DNA of 64,000 nt from an uncultured Actinomycetota bacterium (GTDB lineage Bacteria > Actinomycetota > Actinomycetes > Streptosporangiales > Streptosporangiaceae). The position numbers and the translations under genes were made by a program. The DNA lies in the NCBI GenBank assembly GCA_963778075.1, contig CAVZTJ010000007.1:4134-68133 (forward strand), given 5' to 3'. Position 1 is the first letter of the stretch. Every line of letters begins with the position of its first letter. Below are positions 34,142-44,168 of this stretch, one piece after another. Under the pieces are notes generated by a model that saw nothing but the letters and a program-made list of their open reading frames with translations, did not search any database and was not told the origin of the DNA.

Positions 34142-34602
34142 TGAGTCAAGGTGAGCCCGGAGTCGTGCTGGACACGTCGCTGGGGTACATGCTGAAGGCG
34201 ACCGCGAGCGCCCTGCACTCTGCCATGGAGGCCGTGCTGCGGCCGCTCGGCATGACGATCACCCACTACGCCTGCCTGGAGCTGCTCGCCCAGCGGCCGG
34301 GCCTGTCCAACTCCGAGCTTGCCCGCGGCGCCTTCGTCACCCGGCAGTCGATGAACGTGCTCCTGCAGGCCCTCGAACGCCAGGGACTCGTCGTCCGCCC
34401 AGCACAGGCACCCGTCGGCCGGGTCCTGCCGACCGAGCTGACCGCCCGCGGGCGCCGCCAGCTCGAGGTGGCCAGTGCGGCGGTTCGCCGCGTCGAGCAA
34501 GACATGCTGGCCAATCTGGATACCCGCGAGCAAGATCAGATGCGGCGCATGCTCACCGCGTGTATCGCCTCACTGACCCAACCGCGCGCATCGGCGACAT
34601 GA
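34141..34602 (+). CDS. MarR-family transcriptional regulator
   Basis: LGMTITHYACLELLAQRPGLSNSELARGAFVTRQSMNVLLQALERQGLV. Confidence 0.85.
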   Translation: MSQGEPGVVLDTSLGYMLKATASALHSAMEAVLRPLGMTITHYACLELLAQRPGLSNSELARGAFVTRQSMNVLLQALERQGLVVRPAQAPVGRVLPTELTARGRRQLEVASAAVRRVEQDMLANLDTREQDQMRRMLTACIASLTQPRASAT

Positions 34603-34731
34603 CCCCTCCGGACCGACCGCTGGATCAGGGCACCTGGCGCAGGCGGCAAGCGCGTGGACGAATCATCTGCAGACGCCGCACGTCGGATATTCGGCAAAGG
34701 AGCGAGGATCGTGGGCATATCTGGTTCTGGC

Positions 34732-34944
34732 GTGGCGGAGTCTGCCGCTTCTTCGTTGCTGCCTGGCTTTGAGTACGGACAGATGGAAGTACAGGGCGTC
34801 ACGATTAACCACGCGGTCGCGGGGTCGGGGCCGCCGCTGCTGCTCGTGCACGGCTATCCGGAGAACCACCTCATGTGGCGCCGCGTCGCTCCGGCGCTGG
34901 CGCCCGACGTGGTGAGCGCCGCCCTGAGCGACTTCTTCAGCTAA
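34732..34944 (+). pseudogene. alpha/beta hydrolase (haloacetate dehalogenase/epoxide hydrolase type) with a large internal deletion
   Basis: The N-terminus LPGFEYGQMEVQGVTINHAVAGSGPPLLLVHGYPENHLMWRRVAPALA is joined directly to a C-terminal-type tail VVSAALSDFFS*. About 200 aa, including the nucleophile elbow, are absent. Confidence 0.55.
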
Positions 34945-35186
34945 CCGCAGCCGTCGTTCCGCCCGATCGATGGCGTGTGTCACATTGGCAGGCCCGGCGG
35001 TGCTTAGCAGGTGAGGGGATGACAACACCCCCTCCCGTCCACCGGCTGGCGGCGCTGGCATCACCCTGCAGTGGGACTCGCGAATCAATCCTCAGGATGA
35101 CGCGATGTATCGCGTTTATCCGGGAGAATGGGTTCGCTAGCCGGCCCGGCTGGCTGCGCGACTACTGATGAGGGGACGTCATCAAC

Positions 35187-36125
35187 ATGATCGAGGCAGA
35201 AGGCCTCAGCAAGCGGTACGGGGACACGCTGGCAGTCGACAATCTGACGTTCAGCGTGGCACCGGGCAAGATCACCGGTTTTCTCGGCCCGAACGGCGCT
35301 GGGAAGACCACGACCATGCGCATGATCCTGGGCCTGGACCGGCCGACGGCTGGCCGGGTCACCGTCGACGGGAAACCATTTGACCAGGCCGACCAGCCTA
35401 TGCGGCGGGTCGGCGCGCTGCTGGACGCGAAGGCTGTGCACGGCGGACGGAGCGCCTACAACCACCTGCTCTGCCTGGCCGAGTCCAACAACCTGCCCCG
35501 GCGACGGGTCGATGAGGTGCTCGCCCTGGTCGGGCTGGCCGAGGTGGCCCGCAAGCGGTCCAAGGGTTTCTCGCTCGGCATGGGACAGCGCCTGGGGATC
35601 GCTGCCGCGCTCCTCGGTGACCCGCAGATTCTCATGTTCGACGAGCCGGTCAACGGGCTGGACCCCGAAGGCATCCTGTGGATCCGCAACCTCATGAAGG
35701 CGCTGGCCGCCGAGGGCCGGACCATCTTCGTTTCCAGCCACCTGATGTCGGAGATGGAGAACACCGCCGATCACCTGCTGGTGATCGGCCGGGGGAGGCT
35801 CATCGCGGACTGCACGATCGAGGAATTCATCGCCGCCAACTCCCAGCAGACGGTCCGGGTTCGCACGCCGCAGCCGGATCTGATGGCGAAGCTGGTCACG
35901 GCGGCCGGAGCCGGGGTTCGTGAGGGTGGCGACGGGTCGATCGTCATCAGCGGGCTAGATCCGGACCAGGTTGGGGACCTCGCTTACGACAATCAGGTCC
36001 GGCTGCACGAACTGTCGCCGGTGCACGCGTCTCTGGAGCAGGCATTCATGGAGCTGACCGCAGGCAGCGTGCAATTCCACGCTGGCGTGCCCGAGCAGCC
36101 GGCGCTGGCTGGAGAGGTGGCCTGA
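35187..36125 (+). CDS. ABC transporter ATP-binding protein (paralog of 6581..7516)
   Basis: GPNGAGKTTT, FSLGMGQRL, ILMFDEP. Colinear with the 6581 ATPase. Confidence 0.9.
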   Translation: MIEAEGLSKRYGDTLAVDNLTFSVAPGKITGFLGPNGAGKTTTMRMILGLDRPTAGRVTVDGKPFDQADQPMRRVGALLDAKAVHGGRSAYNHLLCLAESNNLPRRRVDEVLALVGLAEVARKRSKGFSLGMGQRLGIAAALLGDPQILMFDEPVNGLDPEGILWIRNLMKALAAEGRTIFVSSHLMSEMENTADHLLVIGRGRLIADCTIEEFIAANSQQTVRVRTPQPDLMAKLVTAAGAGVREGGDGSIVISGLDPDQVGDLAYDNQVRLHELSPVHASLEQAFMELTAGSVQFHAGVPEQPALAGEVA

Positions 36126-36126
36126 G

Positions 36127-36960
36127 ATGGCATCAACAATCACGGGGCCCGCGGCTGGCGTCGCGCTCGATCTGCCCCGCTCGGCAGGCCGGGTCACGTT
36201 CACCGGCGCGCTGCGCTCAGAGTTCACCAAGATCCGTTCGGTGCGGTCGACGTACTGGGCGCTGCTCGCGATGTTTGTCGTGGTCGTCGGGTTCGGGGCG
36301 CTGGCGAGCGCAGGCGCCGCGCACGGGCCGCATGGGCCGGACTTCGACCCGGCCCGCCAGAGCCTGGCCGGGCTGTACATCGGGCAGCTGATCATCGGGG
36401 TGCTCGGTGTGCTGGTGATCAGCTCCGAATACTCCACCGGCATGATCCGTACCACGCTGACGACCAACCCGCATCGCGGCGTGATGATCGCGGCCAAGGG
36501 CGTCGTGTTCACCGTCGTGGCACTCGTCACCAGCCTGGTCACCGCTTTCGCGGCGTTCTTCCTCGGCCAGGCGCTGATGACCTCCGACCACATCAGCACC
36601 ACGATCGGGAGCCCGAACGTGCTGCGCGCCGTCATCGGCGGGGCGCTGTTCCTGACCGCTTGCGGTGTGCTGTCGTTCGGTCTGGGCCTGCTTCTCCGGC
36701 ACAGCGCGGGCGGCATCGGTGCGATGGTCGGACTGCTCTTCGTGGTGACGATTCTGGTCAACTTCCTGCCGCAGTCATGGCAGAACCACGTCGACAAGTG
36801 GATCCCGGCCCTGGCCGGCGGGCAGGTGTGGATGGCCAGGGCGCAGCCTTCGGGAAACACGACGATGTACGGCCCGTGGCCCAGCTTCGCCATCCTGTGC
36901 GGGTACGCTGCCCTGGCGGTGGCCGCCGGGGTGATCTTCTTCCGGAAGCGAGACGCGTAA
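36127..36960 (+). CDS. ABC-2 transporter permease (paralog of 9126..10004)
   Basis: SEFTKIRSVRSTYW N-terminus, SSEYSTGMIRTTL motif, 6 TM helices. Confidence 0.85.
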   Translation: MASTITGPAAGVALDLPRSAGRVTFTGALRSEFTKIRSVRSTYWALLAMFVVVVGFGALASAGAAHGPHGPDFDPARQSLAGLYIGQLIIGVLGVLVISSEYSTGMIRTTLTTNPHRGVMIAAKGVVFTVVALVTSLVTAFAAFFLGQALMTSDHISTTIGSPNVLRAVIGGALFLTACGVLSFGLGLLLRHSAGGIGAMVGLLFVVTILVNFLPQSWQNHVDKWIPALAGGQVWMARAQPSGNTTMYGPWPSFAILCGYAALAVAAGVIFFRKRDA

Positions 36961-36975
36961 CCGCGGCAATGAGCT

Positions 36976-37015
36976 GGCCCCGGCCGGAATGCGGTTCCCC
37001 CGGCCGGCCGGGGCC
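36976..37015. terminator. 12-bp GC hairpin between convergent genes
   Basis: ggccccggccgg (36976-36987) pairs with ccggccggggcc (37004-37015). Confidence 0.55.
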
Positions 37016-37048
37016 TCGGCCACGCTTCAGCTGCTAAACAGCCATCGG

Positions 37049-37969
37049 CTAGCGGAATTGCAGACGCACCTCGAGGGCGTCGCGAAGGCCATCGCCGATC
37101 AAGTTGAAGGCGATAACAGTTATGACGATGATGAGACCGGCCGGGTAAATCTGCCACCAGTATCCATCGTAGAGATAGTTCATACCATTCGTCAGCATCC
37201 CGCCCCAGGTTGCGGCGGGAGGCGGAAGCCCGAAACCAAGGAAGCTCAAGGTCGCGAGGATCAAAATTGCGTCCGCCACCTGGAATGTTGCGTTCACCAC
37301 GATAGTCGAGATCGTGTTAGGCACAATGTGCCGGATGATGACCCGGCCCGAGGAACCGCCCATAACCCGGACGGCGTCGACATACTCTCTGACCCGCAGC
37401 GACAAGGTCTCGCCACGGATCAGCCGGGCCGGCCCGACCCATGACAGTGCAGACACGACGATGATGAGCAAAATGACGGTCGGCCGGAACACGCTGGCGA
37501 GGTAAATGAATATGAACAACGCCGGGATCGCCAGCACGATGTCCACGACGCGCATCAGGATGGCGTCGGTGACACCACCCCAAAAACCGCTGATGGCACC
37601 CCATATGACGCCGAACGATGTGCTGATGACCGCGACAGCGAGACCGATTTCTATGGAGCTCTGGCCCGCGACCATGAGCCGGCCCAGGACGTCAAATCCC
37701 ACGTAGTCCGTCCCGAGAAGATGCCGTGCTGAAGGCGCCTCGTTCAGGATCGCGGGGTTGGGCGATGTCTGATTGGTGTGATAGAGCAACGGCCCGATGA
37801 AACAAAACGCGGTAACCAGCAGCACTACTGCCACGCCCGCCAGCGCTATCTTGTTCTCATAGAGGGTGCGTACCAGGACGACCGTCGGCCGTGCGGCGGG
37901 ACCCCGGCTGTCTCCGATGTCTGCTGCTGAGCCCGCATTATCGAGAGCACCTGGAATCACATTAGTCAT
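37049..37969 (-). CDS. ABC permease, DppC/OppC-like
   Basis: Start MTNVIPGALD at 37969 (8-nt overlap with the upstream permease). EAA-type loop RLIRGETLSLRVREYVDAVRVMG. Visibly lower GC than flanking DNA. Confidence 0.85.
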   Translation of the reverse strand: MTNVIPGALDNAGSAADIGDSRGPAARPTVVLVRTLYENKIALAGVAVVLLVTAFCFIGPLLYHTNQTSPNPAILNEAPSARHLLGTDYVGFDVLGRLMVAGQSSIEIGLAVAVISTSFGVIWGAISGFWGGVTDAILMRVVDIVLAIPALFIFIYLASVFRPTVILLIIVVSALSWVGPARLIRGETLSLRVREYVDAVRVMGGSSGRVIIRHIVPNTISTIVVNATFQVADAILILATLSFLGFGLPPPAATWGGMLTNGMNYLYDGYWWQIYPAGLIIVITVIAFNLIGDGLRDALEVRLQFR

Positions 37970-38915
37970 ATCGCACCCGAGGGTCGAGGACAGCGTACAT
38001 GACATCGGCAAAGAGATTGCCCAGCACGGTAACGAGGCCAACAAGAATGGTGATGCCGAGCTCCACTGGGTAGTCCGATGTGGTGGCGGCGGTATAAAAA
38101 CTGAGCCCAACGCCCTGGATGTTGAAGACGAACTCAATGACCACGCCGGCGGTAAGGACCCCCGGCAACGACAAGCCAACCATGGTTGTCACCGGCACCA
38201 ATGAGTTCCGGAGGAGATGCTTTCTGAGTATGCGGAAGCGCGGTGCTCCCTTGGCCCGCGCCGTCCGGATGTAGTCCTGGGCGAGCGTCTCGATGGCCGC
38301 CGAGCGCATATAGCGGCTGAACAAGGCGCAGTTCACGAGCGTCAGGGCCAGTATGGGCAGCACCAGGCCGGCCGGGTTGGTGAGCATGGCGCCCAGCGTG
38401 GTCCCCTGCGACCCTTCGGCCGGCAGCAGCCGCCATGTTACTGCGAACGCCGAGATCAGCAGCAGGGCGAGCCAGTAGCTAGGCATGGAATAGAAAACGA
38501 AGGCCACAACGGTGGTGGCGTGATCGACCAGCTTATTCCGGCGGACCGCTTGCCAGACTCCCAGCGGCACTGAGATCAGTATGGACAGCACCAGCGCGAC
38601 CCCCACGATGAAAGCGTCCTTGGGGAGCTCGGCGGCGATAATCTGGCGTACCGGCTCGTTCAGCTTGTACGAGTAACCCAGGTTGCCGCGCAGGAGCTGG
38701 CCGAGATAATGAAGGTACTGCACAAATATCGGATGGTTAAGCCCGTACTGCGCGATGAAGGTGCTGACCTGCTGCCTCGTAGCCCTGGGCCCAATAATTG
38801 CCCTCGCCAGCTCGGGACCGGACGCAATCAGGTTCTGCAGGATGAACGCGATCAGGGTGACGCCCAGGACCACGATCAGTGCCTGCAGCAAGCGCCGGAC
38901 CATGAAGCTAACCAC
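37962..38915 (-). CDS. ABC permease, DppB/OppB-like
   Basis: MVRRLLQALIVVLGVTLIAFIL..., YIRTARAKGAPRFRILRKHLLRN (EAA motif). Confidence 0.85.
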   Translation of the reverse strand: MVSFMVRRLLQALIVVLGVTLIAFILQNLIASGPELARAIIGPRATRQQVSTFIAQYGLNHPIFVQYLHYLGQLLRGNLGYSYKLNEPVRQIIAAELPKDAFIVGVALVLSILISVPLGVWQAVRRNKLVDHATTVVAFVFYSMPSYWLALLLISAFAVTWRLLPAEGSQGTTLGAMLTNPAGLVLPILALTLVNCALFSRYMRSAAIETLAQDYIRTARAKGAPRFRILRKHLLRNSLVPVTTMVGLSLPGVLTAGVVIEFVFNIQGVGLSFYTAATTSDYPVELGITILVGLVTVLGNLFADVMYAVLDPRVRYD

Positions 38916-38920
38916 AAGAC

Positions 38921-40096
38921 CTACCTCCCGGCGGGAGCCGAAGCCGCTCTGGTCCGCGCCTTGGCTGATGCGCGGCGGCGCATCGCTGGCGTCGCTGAGG
39001 TAGTCGACTCGCGCACGACCAGGCTGGTCTCCAGCAGCAGTGTCTGGGGGGGAGAGTTGTCGCCCGCCAGCCTTGCCAGCAATCGCCTGGCCGCGGTCGC
39101 GCCGATGTCGTAAGCGGGCTGGGCAACAACAGTGACCCGCGGCCGGACGATGCGTGTCCAGTCGAGATCATCAAAGCCGAGCACTGTGCACTCGTCCGGG
39201 AAGCGGAGCCCGGAGTCCTGCACTGCTTCGAAGGCGCAGAGAGTCAGCATGCCGTCGACCGCGAGGATCGCGGTCGGGGGATCGGGCTGGGTGAGCAGTC
39301 CCGCAACTGCCGCTTCCGCCCGGTCCGCGTATCGCGCCGCCGACGACGCGCTCGCGATCAGCCGCGTCTCAACCGGCAGCCCCGCCGACCGCAGGGCGCT
39401 CAGGTAACCCACCGCCCGGGAAAGCGGAGTCTGTGCATGCACAGGGTCAGTGGCGACGGCATCAAGCTGCGCGATCGGGTCGCCCTCGGCCAGTCCCGCG
39501 GTCAGCAGCCCAATCCACTCGTGGCCCCTCTCGATCAGGTGGTTGACTGCATCCCGCGCAGCGCCCACGTTGTCGATGAGCACCGCGTCGGCCGCCAGGC
39601 CCCGAACCGAACGGTCAATCTGCACGATCGGGAGCCCGCTCGCCAGGACGGCTTCGAGATGCCGGACCTTGTCCAGCTCGGTCGGGGCGAGGAGGAGGCC
39701 GTCGACCCGCCGCTGCAGCATCGTCTCCACAGCGCGGCGCTCGAGTCGCGGATCCTCCTCGCTGTTGGTGATGATCACGTCGTAGCCCTGGGCCCGGGCG
39801 ATGTCGGTGAACCCCCGCATGGTCTGGCCAAAGAACGCGTCCGCCATATCCGCGCTCACGAAGCCGAGCGTCAGCGTGCGGCCGGTGACCATGCCCTGAG
39901 CCAGACGGTTCGCCTGGTAGCCGAGAGCGTTGGCGTGCTTCCGGACGACCGACCGTGTTTCATCGCTCACCCGGCCGTAGCCCCCCAGCGCCCTGGCAGC
40001 GGTAGCACGCGAGACGCCGGCCGCCGCCGCGACGTCTTCGATCGTCGGCCGCCCCGGGGTCGGCTGAGAGTGCGCTCTCACGGTTGCACGGTACAC
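38921..40096 (-). CDS. LacI-family transcriptional regulator
   Basis: PTIEDVAAAAGVSRATAARALGGYGRVSDETRSVVRKHANALGYQAN plus a periplasmic-binding-like core. The stop is 5 nt upstream of the dppB-like start. Confidence 0.85.
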   Translation of the reverse strand: MYRATVRAHSQPTPGRPTIEDVAAAAGVSRATAARALGGYGRVSDETRSVVRKHANALGYQANRLAQGMVTGRTLTLGFVSADMADAFFGQTMRGFTDIARAQGYDVIITNSEEDPRLERRAVETMLQRRVDGLLLAPTELDKVRHLEAVLASGLPIVQIDRSVRGLAADAVLIDNVGAARDAVNHLIERGHEWIGLLTAGLAEGDPIAQLDAVATDPVHAQTPLSRAVGYLSALRSAGLPVETRLIASASSAARYADRAEAAVAGLLTQPDPPTAILAVDGMLTLCAFEAVQDSGLRFPDECTVLGFDDLDWTRIVRPRVTVVAQPAYDIGATAARRLLARLAGDNSPPQTLLLETSLVVRESTTSATPAMRRRASAKARTRAASAPAGR

Positions 40097-40361
40097 CCGT
40101 CCGATCAGATGGCGCTAGACGTGGTTTGTTGCAGATTGGACTCCGCCGTGGGCGCGGCGCCAGCCACACATCAGCCAGCGGGCGGAGCTGCTGACCTGCG
40201 TAAACATCGACGATGTACCCCCGGCGGCTCTTGACCGGCTAGGTAACGATTAGTGATGTTCACCCGGCAACCCTTGACTTCATGTGCGCTCATGGGTATC
40301 TAATCTGGTTTCAACATGCGAAAGCGCTCTCACACGAGGGTCTGGCAGACTGGAGGGCACG

Positions 40362-42203
40362 ATGCCGCGACGGTTTGGTGTCAGGGCGAAGCTCGGAGTG
40401 CTTGTTGTGGTGGTGGCTTCGCTGATCGCAGCGTGCTCGAACTCCTCATCGCCGAGCTCAACCAGCAGCTCAGGGGCCGCGCAGAGCGGGGGCAACGTGA
40501 CGGTTGCCTACCTGCCCGGCACCCAGCCGGTAGACATCTTCCCAATGTTCCCGCCCGCCGACGACACCACGCAGGAGATCTTCTGGTTCGTCGAGCAGAT
40601 GTGGCGCCCGCTGTACTGGTTCGGCAACACCAGTGGCGGCATGACGTTCAATCAGTCGCTGAGCCTGGCAGATCCGCCGGTGTTCTCGAACGGCAACAAG
40701 ACCGTCACCATCAAGATGAAGAACTGGAAGTGGTCCGACGGCCAGCCGATCACGACCAGGGACGTCGAGTTCTGGATCAACATGCTCAAGGCGAACAAGT
40801 CGAGCTACGCGAACTACGTCCCCGGCTACCTGCCGGACAACATCGCCAGCGTGTCGTACACCTCGTCCACGACGTTCAGCATCACCTTCAAGCAGGCGTA
40901 CAGCAGCAACTGGCTGCTCTACAACCAGCTCTGCCTGCTCTTCCCGATGCCGCAGCACGCCTGGGACAAGACCTCGGCCACCGGCAAGATCGGTAACTAC
41001 GACCAGACCACGGCTGGCGCCAAGGCGGTCTTCGCTTACCTCAACGGCCAGGCGGGCAAGCTGTCCACCTACAACTCGGACCCGCTGTGGCAGGTCGTCG
41101 ACGGCCCGTTCCACCTGAAGAGCTACGCCCCGAACAGCCAGGTCGTCCTGGCCGCGAACAAGCATTACTCGGGACCGGACAAGCCGAAGCTCTCGACGGT
41201 GACGTTCCTCAACTTCACCAGCGACACGTCCGAGTACAACGAGCTGCTGAGCGGCAACATCGACTACGGCTACATACCGTTCAACGACCTGTCCTCAAAG
41301 TCCCGGGTGGCGGGCAACGGGTATTCGATCGTGCCGTGGACGCAGGCAGGAATGAACTACGCCACCTTCAACTACACGAACCCGACGACTGGCCCGCTGT
41401 TCTCGCAGCTTTACATCCGGGAGGCTGTCCAGGAGGTAACCGACCAGAACACTATGGTCAAGGCCGCGCTTGGCGGTGCCGGAGTTCCTACCTATGGCGC
41501 CGTCCCGGATTACACGCCGCAGCCGGAGATCAACGGCACTCCGCTTGCCGACAAGAGCGCAAACCAGCCTGCCTATCCGTTCAGCGTCAGCTCGGCCATC
41601 AGTCTGCTGAAGTCTCATGGGTGGAGCGTGACGCCGGGGGGCACGGACAAATGCGTAAAGCCAGGTACGGGGTCGACCGAGTGCGGCGCCGGGATCAAGC
41701 TTGACCAGCCGTTCTCATTCAACTTCGAGTACCCGACGGGTGTTGTTCAGGAGTCGGTTGAGGCCCAGCTCCTGCAGGGCGATGCGAAGAAGGCCGGTAT
41801 CACGATCTCGCTGAGCCCGGTTCCTGACTCGGTCGCCTTCTCCAGGACGGTCTGCACGAAGGGCCAGTCATGCCCGTGGCAGTCCGTCTATGCCTACTTG
41901 GGTGGCTGGCAGTATGGCGTTCCGATCAACTACCCGATCGGCAATGTCATCTTCGAGTGCGGCGGGCCGTACATCGGCGGCTACTGCTCCCCGACCCTGG
42001 ACAACCTCATGGTCAGCGCCGAGAAGTCCGAGAGCATCTCGGCCCTGTACTCCTACGAGAAGTTCCTGAACACCAACAACCCGGTCTGGTGGCTGCCGCT
42101 GCAGCCGTATCAGTTCTCGGCCATCAAGAACAACCTGAAGGGAACGACGGGGCAGAACGTCGGCTTCTGGGTTACGCCGGAGTACTGGTACCTGACCAAG
42201 TAG
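40362..42203 (+). CDS. ABC substrate-binding lipoprotein, family 5 (peptide/opine/nickel type)
   Basis: Start MPRRFGVRAK at 40362 with the lipobox LIAAC. Length and motifs (ANKHYSGPDKPKL, NYATFNYTNP) fit SBP_bac_5. Confidence 0.85.
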   Translation: MPRRFGVRAKLGVLVVVVASLIAACSNSSSPSSTSSSGAAQSGGNVTVAYLPGTQPVDIFPMFPPADDTTQEIFWFVEQMWRPLYWFGNTSGGMTFNQSLSLADPPVFSNGNKTVTIKMKNWKWSDGQPITTRDVEFWINMLKANKSSYANYVPGYLPDNIASVSYTSSTTFSITFKQAYSSNWLLYNQLCLLFPMPQHAWDKTSATGKIGNYDQTTAGAKAVFAYLNGQAGKLSTYNSDPLWQVVDGPFHLKSYAPNSQVVLAANKHYSGPDKPKLSTVTFLNFTSDTSEYNELLSGNIDYGYIPFNDLSSKSRVAGNGYSIVPWTQAGMNYATFNYTNPTTGPLFSQLYIREAVQEVTDQNTMVKAALGGAGVPTYGAVPDYTPQPEINGTPLADKSANQPAYPFSVSSAISLLKSHGWSVTPGGTDKCVKPGTGSTECGAGIKLDQPFSFNFEYPTGVVQESVEAQLLQGDAKKAGITISLSPVPDSVAFSRTVCTKGQSCPWQSVYAYLGGWQYGVPINYPIGNVIFECGGPYIGGYCSPTLDNLMVSAEKSESISALYSYEKFLNTNNPVWWLPLQPYQFSAIKNNLKGTTGQNVGFWVTPEYWYLTK

Positions 42204-42306
42204 AGGTATGGACCGGAGGGCCTGTCCGCTGGTCCTCCGGTCCTTAGGCTGCACGTGACAGATTCGCATCGCCAAAGCGCGTCCGACCGACGACAGGAGT
42301 AAAAGC

Positions 42307-43332
42307 GTGGCCCTTGCAAGTCTCCCCGAGGACCTGGCCGCAACCATCGAGGTGGCGCTGGCGGAACGCAATCGCGTCGCAGCGGTAGTCAGCGAGGCGG
42401 TCGGCGACGGCCTGAGCGACCTCTGGTTCGTCGGGGCAGGTGGGTCGCATTTTACGAGTTCGCCGGTCGGCGCCCTCATGGACGCCAAGGGCACGTCGGT
42501 GCCCACCTTCCGGGTGAACTCCAACGAGTTCGTCTATGACACGCCCGCCCGGCTGGGGCCCGGGTCGCTGGTCGTCGTCACGTCGCACAATGGCACGACT
42601 CCCGAAACAATCCAGGCAATTGAGACCGCCCGCTCGAACGGCGTCCGGGCGGTGCTCGCGATATCCAGGGATCCGGAGAGCCCGCTCGCGGCAAAGGCTG
42701 ACGAGGCCTTCATCTATGGCAGCAAGCACGTCGTAAGCGAGCCCACGCAGATATTCCTCGCCCAGATCGGGCACTCGGTCCTGGCAGCCACCGGCGACCA
42801 GACACCGGCCGAACGCGACGAAGCGCTCGATGCGTATGCTGGCCTGAACGAAGCTATCGTCAGCGCGGTCGCCGAGTCGGACGACAACTTCGCCGCCCTG
42901 GCTGCCGCGCTCGCCGCTCAGCCGATCATTTACGTTCTTGGCGCTGGGCCGAGTGAGGATATCGCGCGCACTCTGTCCATGTGCTATCTGCAGGAAATGC
43001 AGTGGATTCACTCGGCCGCTTATAACGCCGGGGATTTCTTCCATGGCGCCTTTGAGATCGTCACCGAGCAGACCCCGGTCATCTTGTACCTTGGCGAAGA
43101 CAGGTCACGCCCCATAGCCGAGCGGACGCGGGCGTTCATCCAGAAGTACACGCGTCAGGCTTGGCTGGTCGATCTGCAGGATCTGGCCTTGCCCGGTATC
43201 CCGAAGGGTTACCGGGCCGAGGTAGGAGAGCTCGTGCTGGGGGCGCTTACCTCGCGCATCGCCCAGCACTTCGAGGCCACCACAGGACACAGCTTGACCG
43301 AGAGGCGATACATGTTCAAAGTTCAGTACTGA
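42307..43332 (+). CDS. FrlB-like double-SIS protein (fructosamine-6-phosphate deglycase family)
   Basis: WFVGAGGSHF, VVVTSHNGTTPET, GDFFHGAFEI and the C-terminal ERRYMFKVQY parallel E. coli FrlB (..FRHGPLEI..ERRYYGGLVEY). Confidence 0.8.
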   Translation: MALASLPEDLAATIEVALAERNRVAAVVSEAVGDGLSDLWFVGAGGSHFTSSPVGALMDAKGTSVPTFRVNSNEFVYDTPARLGPGSLVVVTSHNGTTPETIQAIETARSNGVRAVLAISRDPESPLAAKADEAFIYGSKHVVSEPTQIFLAQIGHSVLAATGDQTPAERDEALDAYAGLNEAIVSAVAESDDNFAALAAALAAQPIIYVLGAGPSEDIARTLSMCYLQEMQWIHSAAYNAGDFFHGAFEIVTEQTPVILYLGEDRSRPIAERTRAFIQKYTRQAWLVDLQDLALPGIPKGYRAEVGELVLGALTSRIAQHFEATTGHSLTERRYMFKVQY

Positions 43333-44168
43333 TGTCTCTTGTCTGCGCGGGCGACAATGTGGTGGATGTCTACCAGGGGACCGGCAAGGCGTATCCGGGT
43401 GGGAACGCTCTCAACGTGTCCGTCGCGGCACGCCGCTCCGGCCTGACGTCGGCTTACCTTGGCGCCGTCGGCGACGACGAAGCGGGCCGCCGGCTGATCG
43501 CCGCGCTCACCGCCGAGGCGGTAGACACCGACAGGCTGCGGGTGCTGCCAGGGAGCACCGCCTGGTGCGGGGTTCAGGTGGTAGACGGAGACCGGGAGTT
43601 TCTCGACGCGGACCTTGGCGTCTCGATGTTCGACCTGTCAGCCGACGACCTTGCCTACGTCGTCGGCTTCGACGCCCTTCACACCGGCGACAATTCCGGC
43701 TTCGAGGCACAGCTTGCCGATATCGCAGCAGCGACGAAGGTGTCGTTCGACTTCGGCAGCCGGCCATGGAGCTACGTGGACGAGCTGATCGGCCACGTCT
43801 GGTGTGCATGCTTTTCCGGGGGTCACCTGACGCCGGAGGCAGCGATCGCGCTCGCCGACCAGGCGACGGCCCGGGGGCCGGCCGCGGTGCTCGTATCGGA
43901 AGGCTCCCGCGGCGCGCGACTGGTGATCGACGGCGTCCACGTCGCCGTCGCGTCGCAGGCCACCTCCCTGACCGACAGCCTCGGCGCAGGCGACGCCCTG
44001 ATCGGGGGCGTGCTGAGCGGCCTGCTACGCAATTACACCCCGCTGGACGCGCTGAAGGCGGGAACTGCTCTGGCGGCCCAGGCCGTCAGCCACTACGGCG
44101 CATTTGGCTATGGCTTCGATCCGGCGTCAGCTGGCCTGGGGAACGGACTTACTGATGCTCAACTTTGA
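43332..44168 (+). CDS. frlD: PfkB-family kinase, fructoselysine 6-kinase-like
   Basis: MSLVCAGDNVVDVYQGTGKAYPGGNALNVSVAA, FDFGS, DSLGAGDALIGG and SHYGAFG are colinear with E. coli FrlD (GDNCVDIY..KAFSGGNAVNVAV..FDFS..DTMGAGDSFIAG..QYHGAW). Confidence 0.75.
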   Translation: MSLVCAGDNVVDVYQGTGKAYPGGNALNVSVAARRSGLTSAYLGAVGDDEAGRRLIAALTAEAVDTDRLRVLPGSTAWCGVQVVDGDREFLDADLGVSMFDLSADDLAYVVGFDALHTGDNSGFEAQLADIAAATKVSFDFGSRPWSYVDELIGHVWCACFSGGHLTPEAAIALADQATARGPAAVLVSEGSRGARLVIDGVHVAVASQATSLTDSLGAGDALIGGVLSGLLRNYTPLDALKAGTALAAQAVSHYGAFGYGFDPASAGLGNGLTDAQL

